Shown here: piece after piece, positions 24,642 through 35,972 of the stretch
Layout: the number at the start of each line of letters is the position of its first letter
Position numbering within the stretch: position 1 is the stretch's first letter
Assembly: GCA_036172245.1 (NCBI GenBank)
Contig: JAYWIR010000119.1
Coordinates: 1 to 64,000, forward strand
Origin: Raillietiella orientalis
Lineage: Eukaryota
Reading direction: 5' to 3'
DNA: 64,000 nt
Position numbers and translations under genes: made by a program
The notes under the pieces: generated by a model
Seen by the model: the letters and a program-made list of their open reading frames with translations, nothing else
What the model was told of the DNA's origin: nothing
The model's database searches: none

Positions 24642-27586
24642 ATGCCACCCGGATACGCCGGGACGTTTATTAAAAACATTTCAACGGTCAATACAGAACG
24701 TGGTACAAGGCCCCACTGACGGCCACGGAATGCCGGAACTGCCGGGACACCGGGACGCAGCCCGGTGTGCGTCTCCTCGGCAGAGGAGGGGGATGGGGGA
24801 AAAAACAAAAATAAAATAAAATAGAAAAACAAACCACAAAAAAAAAAGTTTGGAGGGCCGGGAAGGGATCACAGAAAACTGCTGGGAGCGCCCATCCTTT
24901 GCAGGATGCCTTCTAGTTCCATTTTCAGCTTTCCTAGATGGGGCCATCGGGTAGCTCTCTGCAGGAAGCGCGAAGCATACTCGATGACGTCCCTCACGAT
25001 GCAGTCTTCATCTTCGGCATCACTCCAGGTCGCCACGATACCACGAATGCAGCAAAGTGCTGCCAGGGCTGCGGCTGGACTGAGGGCGTCCCGCACGAAG
25101 ACAAGACTGAAGATGCATTCAACATTGCCACCATCCGGTATCCGGAGGGCCGTTTTCAGACGATCCCAAAGAATCCGGACGGCAGGGCATTCAACTAAGA
25201 GGTGGGGGAGCGACTCCCGCTCCCCTCACCTGGCACACGCAGGATTTACTCTTCCCCGCGTCCAGTGGAAGCGGCGCGCGTTGCAGGGTAGACCCCAATG
25301 CAGCCACAGAAGCGCCGATTCTTGCCACTTCATGGGGAGAATCCTGGATCCAAGTAGAACCGGAGGCCACTTCAGGTCATCCAGTCGAATGCCGAGCAGC
25401 TCGCCCCATCTTCTTAATCCACGCGGCTGGAGACTAGGGGTCGTTGCATCTGTCAACTCTCCCATGGTCCAGCCGCTCATCATCTTCTCTCTGCCTGTGA
25501 TACAGCAGCAGACTTGCCACCTTGGCTTCCGGCTTCCGTGAAGCGCCCTTTGGAGGAAGGGCATCGCCGTAACAAGGGGTGTGCCTTCCGCCCACGTGTA
25601 ACTCGGTGGAAATTCAAGAATATCACGGAGAGTGCGGCGGAAGTATAAACCGACTCGCAGGCAGTTCATCCGGTCTTCGCACCTTTGGTTCTGCTTAGCC
25701 CAGGTGCCAGCAGTCTCTTCCAGCCAAGCGAAGGAGTTGGCAGGGCCACAAACCATCCAGTCGTTCTCCTTTGCCAGGGTTGCGATGCGGCCGAGCAGTA
25801 GACCGCATCTTCGAATCTTCCGGCCAGGGCACAGAAGAAACGATGCGAGTCCTTCGCAGCGGGACACACGCCTGGCCAGGAGGCGGGCCGGAATGCACCA
25901 AGCGGTGCTCCACATCTTCGCTGCGATGGCGAGGGTCCGCCATCACAGCTGGATTTCCACGCGCTCCAGCGTCAGGATGCTGAGACCGCCGTCCCGACGC
26001 GGAGCGCACAAGTCTTTCAAAGGGACTCGGGGCCTCCCCTTGCCCCAAAGAGCTATGCGGAGGAGGTCCTTAGTCCGCTTTTTTGATTCCACGGAGGCGG
26101 GGCAAACAAAAAGCAAGGGGCGGAGGATGGGGGCCGCGAAGGCGTTGCAAACCGCGGCCCGTTCCGGCAAGTGAAACTTGCCTTCCAGGAACGGGCCGAT
26201 CGCCGTCTCGACTTTTTGGAGGCAGCTGGACCACGCTTCCGCAGGGGAGAAGTCCCCCAACGGCACACCGAGGTACTTGATGCACCTCACCGTGGGGATC
26301 CCCAGACGGACCCAGTCCTGCTGCCCTGCGCACGTCGCTCCAACTGGCAACACTGACGACTTCGCCCTGTTAACCTGTAATCCGGCCCCACGGCTAAGCA
26401 GGTCGAAGAAATCTCCGACCGCCTTCGCCGGGGTGGACATAGGTAAGAGGAGCAGAAGATCGTCGGCATACGCCGCTACGGCTGGCGTGCCGGGGCACGA
26501 GCTCGGCAAGGGGGCCAAAGTCACCCTGTACGCTTTCAGCACCAACACAGCGTAGGTGCTAAAAAGCAGGGGGCTGAGGCTGTCGCCCTGCCTTATGCCC
26601 CGCCGCACCGGCACGCCATACACCTTTTGTCCACTGAAAGTAATCGAGATTATCGCGTTCCGCCAGCAAGAGCGCAGGTAGGTAATCAAGGAAGGTGGGA
26701 AGCCCATGCGACCCAGGAGCTTCAAGAGGAGTTCCTGGTCAACACAGTCGAATGCCTTATGGAGGTCGACTGTGATCGCTAAAACCCCCTTTCCCGCATG
26801 AGGGTGCCTTCCCTGTCCCACTGGCGGCCCCAAAGTAGGGTTGCAAATTTTCCCTTTCCCTTCTTTATTACTCCGCTGCGCGTGCATCCATGTGCTCGCG
26901 AAGAAGAGGTTGTCCTCCATACTTCGCCCGGGAACAGCGTAAGTCTGCTCCGGGCTAATTATGGAATTGGACACCTGCCCCAATCGCGACGCCCGCAGCC
27001 CGGCAATCAACTTGGCGTCCGTGTTCACAATCGTGATCGGACGCCAGTTGCAAAGTTTCCTGAGGTCTCCTCCCTTCGGGAGGAGCCTCACCCTGGCTGA
27101 CCGAAACGAGGCGGGATCATCGCCTTCGTCTTGGATTCGCCTTGTCAACTCGAGCACCAGGGGGGCCAGCTCTTCCGCGAAACTCTGAAAGAACTCCGCG
27201 GGCAAGCCGTCCTCCCCTGGCGCCTTACGCCTCTTGAGCCTTTTGATACCGGCGAGAATTTCACCGGTCGTGAAAGGCTCATCGAGGCTTTCTTTGTCCT
27301 CCTCCCCTATCGCCACGGAACCACTCATGAGCAATCGCCGCGAGGCGTCTTGTTCGGGTGGTGTTTTGGCGTAAAGGGAGGAATAAAAACACCGCACGGG
27401 ATTCCGTACCGCAGGCGGGGACGAACGTTCCCGGCCCAGGTCATCCAGCATGCTGGCTGACCCTGATTACCTAGCTTGTCGCTCGGCTCCGGCGCGGTAT
27501 TCGGCCAGGCGACGGACATTGGGGTTCCTCTCGTGATGACGCGCGTGCAAATACGCGCGTTCGTTGCGAGCCCCGTCGCCGAATCC
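24642..27586 (-). mobile_element. Element B, 3' half (post-EN linker, frameshifted RT, 3' UTR and terminus)
   Basis: ORFs 25943..27451, 25226..25915, 24869..25096. Terminus aataaacgtcccggcgtatccgggtggcat. Confidence 0.9.
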
Positions 27587-27596
27587 CTTGGCGAGT

Positions 27597-27603
27597 GGAC
27601 GTG
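27597..27603 (+). promoter_or_regulatory. GGACGTG, DPE-like internal promoter motif
   Basis: Present at all intact 5' ends: 20070, 27597, 44725 on plus; 35962, 39756, 55103 on minus; variant TGACGTG at 2665 and 12665 on minus. Confidence 0.55.
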
Positions 27604-27682
27604 TTTTTCCTTCGCTCCCGAGTGAGTCGACAGGAAGCGGTTTTTTGTTGTGTTGTTTAGTGCGGAACATCGTTGGTGTCCG

Positions 27683-29439
27683 ATGGCAGCGATGCCTGAG
27701 GACACCACGATGGAGGTAGGTGTGGGGGAGGCTTGCCCACCCCCACAGCCTACAGAATCAGTGGCGTCCGCCCCGGAATCGCCCTCGCCGCTCAAGGCGA
27801 GGAGCTGGAGCGCCATGGTGGCCGCGCCGAGCGCGGAAACCATGGCCGAGATGGCGGCCTACCGGGCAGCTGGGTACAAGCCCAGCTTGGTTTACCAGGT
27901 AGGCAATCTCTTTGACGGGCGAACTGCACGCGCTTTTTCGAAAGCGCTGCAGAACGCCAACGTATTAGAAAAGGACCTTGACGGTCTATCCGTGCTAAGC
28001 GGGGGTCAGCGCGTTGAGGTTGTCTGCAAGGACATCACCTTGGCGCAAAGCTTGATAACCACCCCGCTGAACGTGGACGGACGCAAGATCCTACCAGTCA
28101 CGATGGACCGCTCCGTAGTGGTCCATCTGACAGGGATCACCATCCGCATGACGCGGTCTGCGGTTGGTGATCAGTTAAGAAAGCACGGGGATGTTCACGC
28201 GCTTTGGCCAAAGGCCACAATCTTCGATGGCTACGATAGCCTTTTCGGAGGGCAGGCCGCCGCGCGCGTGACGGTGAACGAGAGTGGGCTTCCCCACAAA
28301 CTAGAGGTCAATGGCGAAGTCGTAGACCTCTGGTGCGTGGGGAAACCCCGCTTTTGTGGCTACTGCAATGCAGTAGGACACTTGCGCAAGCGGTGCCCGA
28401 ACATTGTGTGCCACTTATGCGGGGAGAAGGGCCACGTACGCCGCGTATGCCCTAAACTCCCCACTCCGGTGCCGCCTGCTGCAAAAAAAGCACAGGCAAA
28501 ACGCGGTAAACTGGTCGAAAGACCAAAAAGAGATACTGGCCGGCAGCAGCCGCTAGCCCCTGTTCCTCCCACACAGGCGTCGGAAGAAAAACCCTCCGAA
28601 GACGCGGGAGTCCAAGACGGCTGGCAGCTGGTCAAGGCCAGGAAGGAGAAAACGGTGCCCCCCGCGGAACCCGCAAAAGCGGTAAAAAAGACAGCCGGCA
28701 AGGCGAAAAAACCTGGGCCGCGCTCTAAGACCATGCAGGAGTGTACGGTAGCACTGGAGCGCATAGCCGTTCCCGAGATTGCCACCCGGGGCGACGAGCC
28801 TTCCCTCGCCGTTTCCGCCGCGCCCGAGGTTCGCGACGGCGAACCCTCTGTTTACACAGAGGGTGAGCCGCGCGACGCGCCGGTCGACACTGCGGACGCC
28901 GCGTTCGCAAAGGCGGCGGAGGAGCTCGCAGCCACGCTGGCGGAGCGTGAGAACCCCTCACGCAAGGCCGTGCGAAGGCCGGCTCCCGCGAAAAAGGCCC
29001 CCACAGGTGAGTCGGACCTGGGGGCCGGAAGTGCATCCTCCTCCTCGGAGGCACCCCCAGGAAGTCGGGACGCAAGTCCCAGAAACCCAGGAGGCGCCTC
29101 CCCTCCACCAGCGAGGAGGAGAAGCAGGAAGGTAGCGGTAGCGTGGGAATCCTGGAGGGGGAACTCCCACGCTCGGAAGCCGTCGAGCCGGCCACCCCCA
29201 TGGAGGAGGGTGAGCAGGGGGGCGAAGTCCTCCCTGCAGTCGCCGAGCCTGAACAGCCCGCCCCCATGGAGGAGGGCCAACAGGTAGGCGCGACCCCACT
29301 TAAGGGTGATCCGGACGACGCGCCGGCACCGATGGATGAGGAGGAAAAGGTGCCTTCAGTACCTGTCCCCCCTCCCCCTCCACCTAACGTCCCGCCCCAG
29401 CAGGTGGCGGACGCCGCATCGCCGTTTTCCCTGGACTAA
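27683..29439 (+). pseudogene. ORF1 of C (two CCHC knuckles), one frameshift near 29060
   Basis: CGYCNAVGHLRKRC and CHLCGEKGHVRRVC. The C-run before agg is one base shorter than in the intact B ORF1. Confidence 0.88.
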
Positions 29440-32400
29440 CACTTGGGCTCGCCAGTCGCCGTCGGATTCGCGCGGCCTGTTGGAACGTCAACGGGCTGCG
29501 CGACGACGGCAACAGGCGAGATACAGCCGACGCCCTGCGTGAGCTCGACCTGGCGCTGCTGCAGGAGATCCACGTGATCACCGCGGCAGACGCCCAGGAA
29601 ATCGAGACGATCGCGGGGGGTCGGCTGTATTGGCGATGCGGCCTCCGCAACACGTGCGGGGTCGCGTTCTTCGTGAAGCCGGCCATCGACGCTGCCGTAA
29701 AGCGCGTGCGGATTGATGACGACGGTCGGATCGGTCAGCTGATTCTCAGCTGGTCCGACTCGATCGACCTAATCGTCACAAACGTGTATGGCCCCAGCGG
29801 TAAACAGGGATACAGCGACCGTACCAGGCTGCTGGATTCCCTGAAGCGCGACTGGCTGGCGGACACGAACGTGCGGAAGGCTCACCTGATAGCGGGAGAT
29901 TTCAATCTCCGTCTGCTAACAGGTGAGCCAGAAACACAAGAGAACGCGATGAACGAGTTGTGCGCCGCCATGCGTGCGCGCAACTTGTTCGCGGGTGAGA
30001 GGGGACTGGTCCGCAGCATCGACCACGTCTTCCTCGACGCTGACCTGTGTTCACGGGTCGGCAAACGGGGGAGGGTTGCGTCGACGTTGTCGGACCATTC
30101 CCGGTTAATTTTCGAGATGCGGCCTCGTGACTAGGGACCGCCATCCAGGGATTGGCGTCTGCCGGGGGACTGGACGCGACTCTCAGGTGCGAAGGAATAC
30201 CTTCGCGAATACCTGAGAGGTGTCACGCTCCGGAATCTCCAGGACTGGGACCTTTTTAAGGAATCGGTCCGCGAGTTCTGTGAGCAGTTCCCCTGGATCG
30301 CCTGCCCCCCGGATTCGGCGAGGGTGCTCGCAACCATCGGGCCTATTTACAGGCTCGTAGGTACGAGAGAACCCCTAATGTCCGTCGCCTGGCCGAGTAC
30401 CGCGCCGGGGCCGAACGCCAAGCCTGGCAATCCGGGTCGGCCAGCTTGCTGGACGACCAGGGCCGGGAATGCTCGTCCCCGGCGTCGGTACGGCATCTCG
30501 TGCGGAGTTTCTATTCCTCCCTTTACGCCAGGCAGCCCCCGGATCGAAACGCCTCTCGGCGCTTGCTTCCGGATGGCGCCCCGGCAATAGGGGAGGAGGA
30601 GATGGAAAGCCTCGACGAGCCTTTTACCACCGGCGAAATTCTCGCCGGTATCAAAACGCTCAAGAGGCGTAAAGCTCCAGGGGAAGACGGCTTGCCCGCG
30701 GAGTTCTTTCAGAGCTTCGCGGAAGAGCTGGCACCCCTGCTGCTTAAGTTGATCAGGCTGATCCGAGACGAAGGCGATGTTCCCGCCTCGTTTCGGTCAG
30801 CCAGAGTGAGGCTCCTGCCGAAAGGGGGGACCTCAGGGATTTAAAGAACTGGCGTCCGATCACGATCGTGAATACGGACGCCAAGTTGATCGCAGGGCTA
30901 TGGGCTTCGCGTCTGGGGCAGGTGGCAGAATCCGTAATTAGCCCGGAGCAGACTTATGCTGTTCCCGGGCGAAGTATGGATGCCAGCCTCTTCTTCGCAA
31001 GCACATGGGTGCACCTGCAGAGAAGAGAGAAGAAAGGGATAGGGAAAGTCGGCAACCCCACATTAAGGCCGCCAGCCGGGCTGGGAAGGGACCCCCGGGC
31101 GGGGAAGGGGGCCCTAGCGCTCGCAGTCGATCTCCACAAGGCGTTCGACTGTGTAGACCAGGAACTTCTCTTGGAGCTCCTGGGTCGCATGGGCTTTCCA
31201 CCCTCCCTGATTTCCTACCTGCGCTCTTGCTGGCGGAACGCGATAATTACCGTCTCTTTCAGCGGTCAAAAGGTGTATGGCGTGCCGGTGCGGCGGGGCA
31301 TAAGGCAGGGAGATAGCCTCAGCCCCCTGCTCTTCAGCACCTACTTTGAGTTGGTGCTGAGAGCGTACAGGGTGACTTTGGCCCCATTGCCGAGCTCGTG
31401 CCCCGGCACGCCCGCCGTAGCAGCATACGCCGACGATCTTCTGCTTTTGTTGCCAATGTCCACCCCGGCAAAGGCGGTCGGAGACTTCTTCGATCTGCTC
31501 AGCCGCGGGACCGGACTGCACGTTAACAGAGCGAAGTCGTCGGTTGTGCCAATAGGTGCGGCGTGGGCAGGGCAGCAGGACTGGGTCCGTCTGGGGATCC
31601 CCACGGCGAGGTGCTTCAAGTACCTTGGTGTGCCGTTGGGGGACTACTCCCCTGCGGAAGCGTGGTCCAGCTGCCTCCATAAAGTCGAGACGGCGATCGG
31701 CCCGTTCCTGGAAGGCAAGTTTCACTTGCCGGAACGGGCCGCGGTTTGGAACGCCTTCGCGGCACCCATCCTCCGCTTCTTGCTTTTTGTTTGCCCCCCC
31801 ACCGTGGAATCCAAGAAGAGGACGAAGGACCTCCTCCGTATCGCCCTTTGGGGCAAGGGGAGGCCCCGAGTCCCACTGAAGGACTTGTGCGCTCCGCGTC
31901 GGGACGGCGGTCTTGGCCTCCTGACGCTGGAGCGCGTGGAAAAGCAGCTGCCGTGGCGAACCCTCGCCATCGCAGCGAAGATGTGGAGCACCCCTTGGTG
32001 CACTCCGGCCCGCCTCCTGGCCAGCCGTGTGTCCCGGTGCGATGGACTCGCGTCTTTTCTTCTGAGCCGTGGCCGGAAGATGCGAAGATGCGGCCTACTG
32101 CTCGGGCGCATGGCAACATTGGCCAAGGAGAACAGCTGGATGGTTTGCTGCCCCGCCAGCTCCCCCGCCTGGCTGGAGGAGAATATTGGAACGTGGGCAG
32201 TAGTCAACCAGAGAAGCCACGAGACGTGGAATCGTCTCCGATGCAGCCCCTACGCCCGCTGCACGCTGCGGAATCTCCTGGAGAGTTCAGCAAGATGCAC
32301 GTGGGCAGAGACGACCTGCCTAGCTACGGCGCTACCCTTCCTAAGGAGGGCACTTCACAGCACCCGGACGCCAAGGTGGCAAGTCTCCTGCTGCATCGAG

Positions 32401-33033
32401 GGACGCGAGAAGTTGATCAGCGGCTGGACAACAGGAGAACTGGCCGACGCCTCGACCCCGAGCGTCCAGCCGCGAGGATTATTAAGATGGGGCGAGCTGC
32501 TCGCCATCCCCCGGGATGAGCTGAAGTGGCCCCCGGTGATGAAGGAATCCAGGATCCTGCCCCTCAAGTGGCAAGAGTCGGCGTTGCTTTTGTTGCACTG
32601 GGGTCTACCCTGCAACGCGCGCCGCTTCCACTGGACGAGGGGGGCTGTGGATCCTGCGTGTGCCAGGTGCGGGGAGCGGGAGTCGCTTCCCCACCTTATT
32701 GTGGATTGTGCTGCCCTCCGACCCCTTTGGGAACGGTTCGGGACGACCCTCGGGCTCCCTACGGGTAGCACCCCCAGAGACGTTCTTCGGCCCCTCTTCG
32801 TGAAGGACGCACTGCAGCCAGCCGCAGCCATCGCAGCCTTGTGCTGCGTCCGTGGCATCGTGGGGGCATGGAGCGACGCCAACAACGAAGGAGTGGGTCC
32901 ACAGGCGAGGGATGTCATCCCGTATGCCAAACGCTTCTTGCGAAGAGCTGCCGGATGGCCCCAACTAGGGAATATGCAGGCTGACCTCGAGGGCTTCGTT
33001 CGACGGATGGGCCCTCCCCACAGCGACCAGTGA
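29439..33033 (+). pseudogene. ORF2 of C (APE-RT-Cys), with a stop at 30132 and frameshifts near 30290 and 30830
   Basis: WNVNG, LQEIH, GDFN, IDHVF, SDH; RT in ORF 30868..33033 with DLHKAFD, GIRQGDSLSP and YADD. Confidence 0.9.
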
Positions 33034-33209
33034 TCCCTTCCCTGCCCTCCAACTTCTTTTTGTTTGTTTCTTTTTTTATTTTACTTTTTGTCTCATCCCC
33101 ATCCCCCTTCGCTGTCGGGGAATGCCACGCCGGGCTGCGTCCCGGTGTCCCGACAGGTCCTGTGTTTACGGCCGTGGTGGGGCCTTGTACCACGCATGTA
33201 AAGTTTATC

Positions 33210-33240
33210 AATAAACGCCCCGGGCGTACCCGGGTGGCAA
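33210..33240 (+). terminator. Conserved LINE 3' terminus: AATAAA plus CCCGG/CCGGG hairpin plus TGGCAA, no poly(A)
   Basis: Same layout at the ends of A, B, E, F, I, M and the 61-bp insertion. Confidence 0.75.
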
Positions 33241-35972
33241 CGCCGAATCCGGGGGGCAGGCGATCCAGGGGGAACTGCTCACAGAACTCGCGGACCGATT
33301 CCTTAAAAAGGTCCCAGTCCTGGAGATTCCGGAGCGTGACACCTCTCAGGTATTCGCGAAGGTATTCCTTCGCACCTGAGAGTCGCGTCCAGTCCCCCGG
33401 CAGACGCCAATCCCTGGATGGCGGTCCCTTGTCACGAGGCCGCATCTCGAAAATTAACCGGGAATGGTCCGACAACGTCGACGCAACCCTCCCCCGTTTG
33501 CCGACCCGTGAACACAGCTCAGCGTCGAGGAAGACGTGGTCGATGCTGCGGACCATTCCCCTCTCACCCGCGAACAAGTTGCGCGCACGCATGGCGGCGC
33601 ACAACTCGTTCATCGCGTTCTCTTGTGTTTCTGGCTCACCTGTTAGCAGACGGAGATTGAAATCTCCCGCTATCAGGTGAGCCTTCCGCACGTTCGTGTC
33701 CGCCAGCCAGTCGCGCTTCAGGGAATCAGCAGCCTGGTACGGTCGCTGTATCCCTGTTTACCGCTGGGGGCGTACACATTCGTGACGATCAATTCGATCG
33801 AGTCGGACCAGCTGAGAATCAGCTGACCGACCCGACCGTCGTCATCGAAGCGCACGCCCTTCACGGCCGCGTCGATGGCCGGCTTCACGAAGAACGCGAC
33901 CCCGCAGGTGTTGCGGAGGCCGCACCGCCAATACAGCCGACCCCTCGCGATCGTCTCGATCTCCTGGGCGTCTGCCGCGGTGATCACGTGGATCTCCTGC
34001 AGCAGGGCCAGGTCGAGCTCACGCAGGGTGTCGGCCGTATCTCGCCTGTTACCGTCGTCGCGCAGCCCGTTGACGTTCCAACAGGCGGCGCGAATCCGAC
34101 GGCGACTGGCGAGCCCAGGTGTTATTTCTGGGAAGATGGCGATGCGGCGTCCGCCACCTGTTGGGGCGGGACGCTAGGTGGAGGAGGAGGGTCAGGCGCT
34201 GCGTGCACCTGGTCCCCCTCCTCCATGGGTAACGGCGCGTCGAGGGGGTCACCCTTAAGTGGGGTGGCGCCTACCTGTTGGCCCTCCTCCATGGGGGCGG
34301 GCTGTTCAGGCTCGGCGACTGCAGGGAGGACTTCGCCCCCCTGCTCACCCTCCTCCATGGGGGTGGCCGGCTCGACGGCTTCCGCGCGTGGGAGTTCCCC
34401 CTCCGGGATTCCCACGCTACCGCTCCCTTCCTGCTTCTCCTCCTCGCTGGTGGAGGGGAGGCGCCTCCTGGGTTTCTGGGACTTGCGTCCCGACTTCCTG
34501 GGGGGTGCCTCCGAGGAGGAGGATGTACTTCCGGCCCCCAGGTCCGACTCACCTGTGGGGGCCTTTTTCGCGGGAGCCGGCCTTCGCACTGCCTTGCGTG
34601 AGGGGTTCTCACGCTCCGCCAGCGTGGCCGCGAGCTCCTCCGCCGCCTTTGCGAACGCGGCGTCCGCAGTGTCGACCGGCGCGTCGCGCGGCTCACCCTC
34701 TGTGTAAACAGAGGGTTCGCCGTCGCGAACCTCGGGCGCGGCGGAAACGGCGAGGGAATTCTCGTCGCCCCGGGTGGCAATCTCGGGAACGGCTATGCGC
34801 TCCAGTGCTACCGTACATTCCCGCATGGTCTTAGAGCGCGGCCCAGGTATTTTCGCCTTGCCGGCTGTCTTTTTTACCGCTTTCGCGGGTTCCGCGGGGT
34901 GCACCTTTTTCTCCTTCCTGGCCTTGACCAGCTGCCAGCCGTCTTGGACTCCCGCGTCTTCGGAGGGTTTTTCTTTCGACGCCTGTGTGGGAGGAACAGG
35001 GGCTAGCGGCTGCTGCCGGCCAGTATCTCTTTTTGGTCTTTCGACCAGTTTACTGCGTTTTGCCTGTGCTTTTTTTGCAGCAGGCGGCACCGGAGTGGGG
35101 CGTTTAGGGCATACGCGGCGTACGTGGCCCTTCTCCCCGCATAAGTGGCACACAATGTTCGGGCACCGCTTGCGCAAGTGTCCTACTGCATTGCAGTAAC
35201 CACAAAAGCGGGGTTTCCCCACGTACCAGAGGTCTACGACTTCGCCATTGACCTCTAGTTTGTGGGGAAGCCCACTCTCGTTCACCGTCACGCACGCGGC
35301 GGCCTGCCCTCCGAAAAGGCTATCGTAGCCATCGAAGATTGTGGCCTTTGGCCAAAGCGCGTGAACATCCCCGTGCTTTCTTAACTGATCACCAACCGCA
35401 GACCGCGTCATGCGGCTGGTGATCCCTGTCAGATGGACCACTACGGAGCGGTCCATCGTGACTGGTAGGATCTTGCGTCCGTCCACGTTCAGCGGGGTGG
35501 TTATGAAGCTTTGCGCTAAGGTGATGTCCTTGCAGACAACCTCAACGCGCTGACCCCCGCTTAGCACGGATAGACCGTCAAGGTCCTTTTCTAACACGTT
35601 GGCGTTCTGCAGCGCTTTCGAAAAAGCGCGTGCAGTTCGCCCGTCAAAGAGATTGCCTACCTGGTAAACCAAGCTGGGCTTGTACCCAGCTGCCCGGTAG
35701 GCCGCCATCTCGGCCATGGTTTCCGCGCTCGGCGCGGATACCATGGCGCTCCAGCTCCTCGCCTTGAGCGGCGAGGGCGATTCCGGGGCGGACGCCCCTG
35801 ATTCTGTAGGCTGTGGGGGTGGGCAAGCCTCCCCCACACCTACCTCCATCGTGGTGTCCTCAGGCATCGCTGCCATCGGACACCAACGATGTTCCACACT
35901 AAACAACAATAGAAAAAACCGCTTCCTGTCGACTCACTCGGGAGCGAAGGAAACACACGTCCACTCGCCAAG
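33241..35972 (-). mobile_element. Element B, 5' half (5' UTR, ORF1, EN up to LPPGFG)
   Basis: 5' end cttggcgagtggacgtg at 35972. Candidate TSD ggattcggcg (35973-35982) and ggtttcggcg (24632-24641). Confidence 0.92.
34122..35876 (-). CDS. Intact ORF1 of B, 584 aa, nucleic-acid-binding protein with two CCHC knuckles and an acidic/Pro-rich tail
   Basis: MAAMPEDTT...CGYCNAVGHLRKRC...CHLCGEKGHVRRVC...SSQK* is open throughout. Confidence 0.9.
   Translation of the reverse strand: MAAMPEDTTMEVGVGEACPPPQPTESGASAPESPSPLKARSWSAMVSAPSAETMAEMAAYRAAGYKPSLVYQVGNLFDGRTARAFSKALQNANVLEKDLDGLSVLSGGQRVEVVCKDITLAQSFITTPLNVDGRKILPVTMDRSVVVHLTGITSRMTRSAVGDQLRKHGDVHALWPKATIFDGYDSLFGGQAAACVTVNESGLPHKLEVNGEVVDLWYVGKPRFCGYCNAVGHLRKRCPNIVCHLCGEKGHVRRVCPKRPTPVPPAAKKAQAKRSKLVERPKRDTGRQQPLAPVPPTQASKEKPSEDAGVQDGWQLVKARKEKKVHPAEPAKAVKKTAGKAKIPGPRSKTMRECTVALERIAVPEIATRGDENSLAVSAAPEVRDGEPSVYTEGEPRDAPVDTADAAFAKAAEELAATLAERENPSRKAVRRPAPAKKAPTGESDLGAGSTSSSSEAPPRKSGRKSQKPRRRLPSTSEEEKQEGSGSVGIPEGELPRAEAVEPATPMEEGEQGGEVLPAVAEPEQPAPMEEGQQVGATPLKGDPLDAPLPMEEGDQVHAAPDPPPPPSVPPQQVADAASPSSQK

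Larger units (their letters stand above)
27587..33240 (+). mobile_element. Element C: full-length ~5.65 kb L1/Tx1-like LINE with a perfect 10-bp TSD
   Basis: cgccgaatcc at 27577-27586 and 33241-33250. 5' UTR, ORF1, EN, RT, Cys motif, 3' UTR and AATAAA at 33210 are all present. Confidence 0.95.

Noticed and set aside
29140..29345. Repeated cccatggaggaggg (PMEEG) units in the ORF1 tail resembling a spaced array
   Set aside because: Coding peptide repeats in a eukaryotic LINE; only 2-3 units; not CRISPR.
30868..33033. Prokaryotic RT system (retron, group II intron, DGR)
   Set aside because: Upstream APE domain, gag-like ORF1, AATAAA and TSDs identify eukaryotic LINEs.
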